Below are positions 38,991 to 39,887 of a stretch of 39,887 nt of DNA, piece by piece. The DNA is taken from contig CAIXZC010000007.1 of the NCBI GenBank assembly GCA_903923815.1, positions 1 to 39,887 of the forward strand, written 5' to 3'. Source of the stretch: an uncultured Myxococcales bacterium. GTDB taxonomy: Bacteria; Myxococcota_A; UBA9042; CAIXZC01. The translations under genes and the position numbers were made by a program. The notes beneath the pieces are model-generated. The model was not told the origin of the DNA. It saw nothing but the letters and a program-made list of their open reading frames with translations, and did no database searches. Each line of letters opens with the position of its first letter. The first letter of the stretch is position 1.

Positions 38991-39734
38991 TTGCGTCTCA
39001 GTGTGGATGGCCTTTCCCGGGTCCTGGAGTGTCTGGCTGCCGGCGCCGGTGGCCTGGGTGCCGTGGTCATCTGCGAGGGTGCCCTCTCCCGGGAGGAACT
39101 CCAGCGCCTGGAGGGCCAGGCCCAGCACGCCAAGGTGCCCACCCAGGTCCTGCCCCGGGACCGCTTCCTGGCCCACCCTGCCTGCCCCGCCGGCTGCCGC
39201 AGCACCTTTGCCCTGCTGGACTACGAAGAGACCGAAGGGCTGGACGACCTGCTGGAACTACCCGTCGCCAACCGCGGCATCCTGGCCCTGGACGGCATCA
39301 CCGATCCGGGCAACCTGGGTGCCATGATCCGCTCGGCCGTCTGGTTCGGCATCACCGATCTCATCCTGCCCAAGAACAACGCCGCGGCCCTGAACGAGGC
39401 CGTGCTGCTGCGCTCCGCCGGGGCCCTGGCCCACGCCCGCATCTACCGGGTCAACAACCTGGTTCGGGCCCTGGAACAGCTCAAAGAGGCTGGCTACTGG
39501 ATCCTGGGCACCTCCCTGGGCGCCAAGGAAGAGCTGGCCGGCGCGGACCTGTCCGGCCCCCTGGTCATGGTCATCGGCAGCGAGGGCAAGGGCATGCGCC
39601 GCCTCGTCGAGCAAAGCTGCGACCGGTTGGTCAAACTCGGCGCCCCCCAGTCCCCCATCGGGTCCCTGAACGCCTCCGCCTTCACCGCCGTGCTGCTGTA
39701 CCAAAGATGGCTGTCATGCGCCGGCAAGAAATAG
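38991..39734 (+). CDS. TrmH/SpoU-family RNA methyltransferase (RlmB-like)
   Basis: TTG after AGGAGG. Motifs LDGITDPGNLGAMIRSA, VIGSEGKGMR, SLNAS. The N-terminal domain looks divergent. Confidence 0.85.
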   Translation: MRLSVDGLSRVLECLAAGAGGLGAVVICEGALSREELQRLEGQAQHAKVPTQVLPRDRFLAHPACPAGCRSTFALLDYEETEGLDDLLELPVANRGILALDGITDPGNLGAMIRSAVWFGITDLILPKNNAAALNEAVLLRSAGALAHARIYRVNNLVRALEQLKEAGYWILGTSLGAKEELAGADLSGPLVMVIGSEGKGMRRLVEQSCDRLVKLGAPQSPIGSLNASAFTAVLLYQRWLSCAGKK

Positions 39735-39747
39735 AACTTACTCATTT

Positions 39748-39872
39748 GGCCGTCCAAGCCGCGCACGTAGCGCAGCAGTGGAGACGACGGCGCGAGGCCG
39801 TCCAAGCCGCGCACGTAGCGCAGCAGTGGAGACGACGGCGCGAGGCCGTCCAAGCCGCGCACGTAGCGCAGC
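39748..39872. repeat. 48-bp perfect tandem repeat (about 2.6 copies), REP-like
   Basis: GGCCGTCCAAGCCGCGCACGTAGCGCAGCAGTGGAGACGACGGCGCGA at 39748 and 39796. Third partial copy at 39844-39872. Confidence 0.85.
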
Positions 39873-39887
39873 GCAGTAAGCGGATCC

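Noticed and set aside
39748-39872. CRISPR array
   Set aside because: The would-be spacers are identical, so this is a tandem repeat. There are no cas genes in the window.

Overview
GC-rich bacterial chromosomal segment, most consistent with a Myxococcota/deltaproteobacterial lineage (MYXO-CTERM-like protein, Cys-rich lipoproteins, FHA-GGDEF protein, pilMNOPQ). This taxonomy is inferred, not verified. Gene order: palindromic repeat element; ftsE-ftsX-envC-like; pilMNOP; a giant 2038-aa PilQ secretin carrying a ~1300-aa coiled-coil insert between two AMIN-like domains; Cys-rich lipoprotein; (minus) YprA/MrfA-type helicase plus YprB/MrfB-type exonuclease behind a LexA-like box; small zinc-ribbon membrane protein; FHA-GGDEF cyclase; (minus) secreted agmatine/peptidylarginine deiminase and ribBA; small basic protein, galU, prfB (no programmed frameshift); (minus) hflX with a probable ATT start; an apparent operon of an outer-membrane beta-barrel plus two paralogous giant zinc-metalloprotease lipoproteins (1847 and 1495 aa); proS; a TrmH/RlmB methyltransferase; and a 48-bp tandem repeat at the window end. 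I saw no rRNA, tRNA, transposase or CRISPR array. The two best candidates for an undescribed system are the giant coiled-coil PilQ machine and the barrel + twin metalloprotease surface module. All family calls come from motif recognition by eye, with no database searches.
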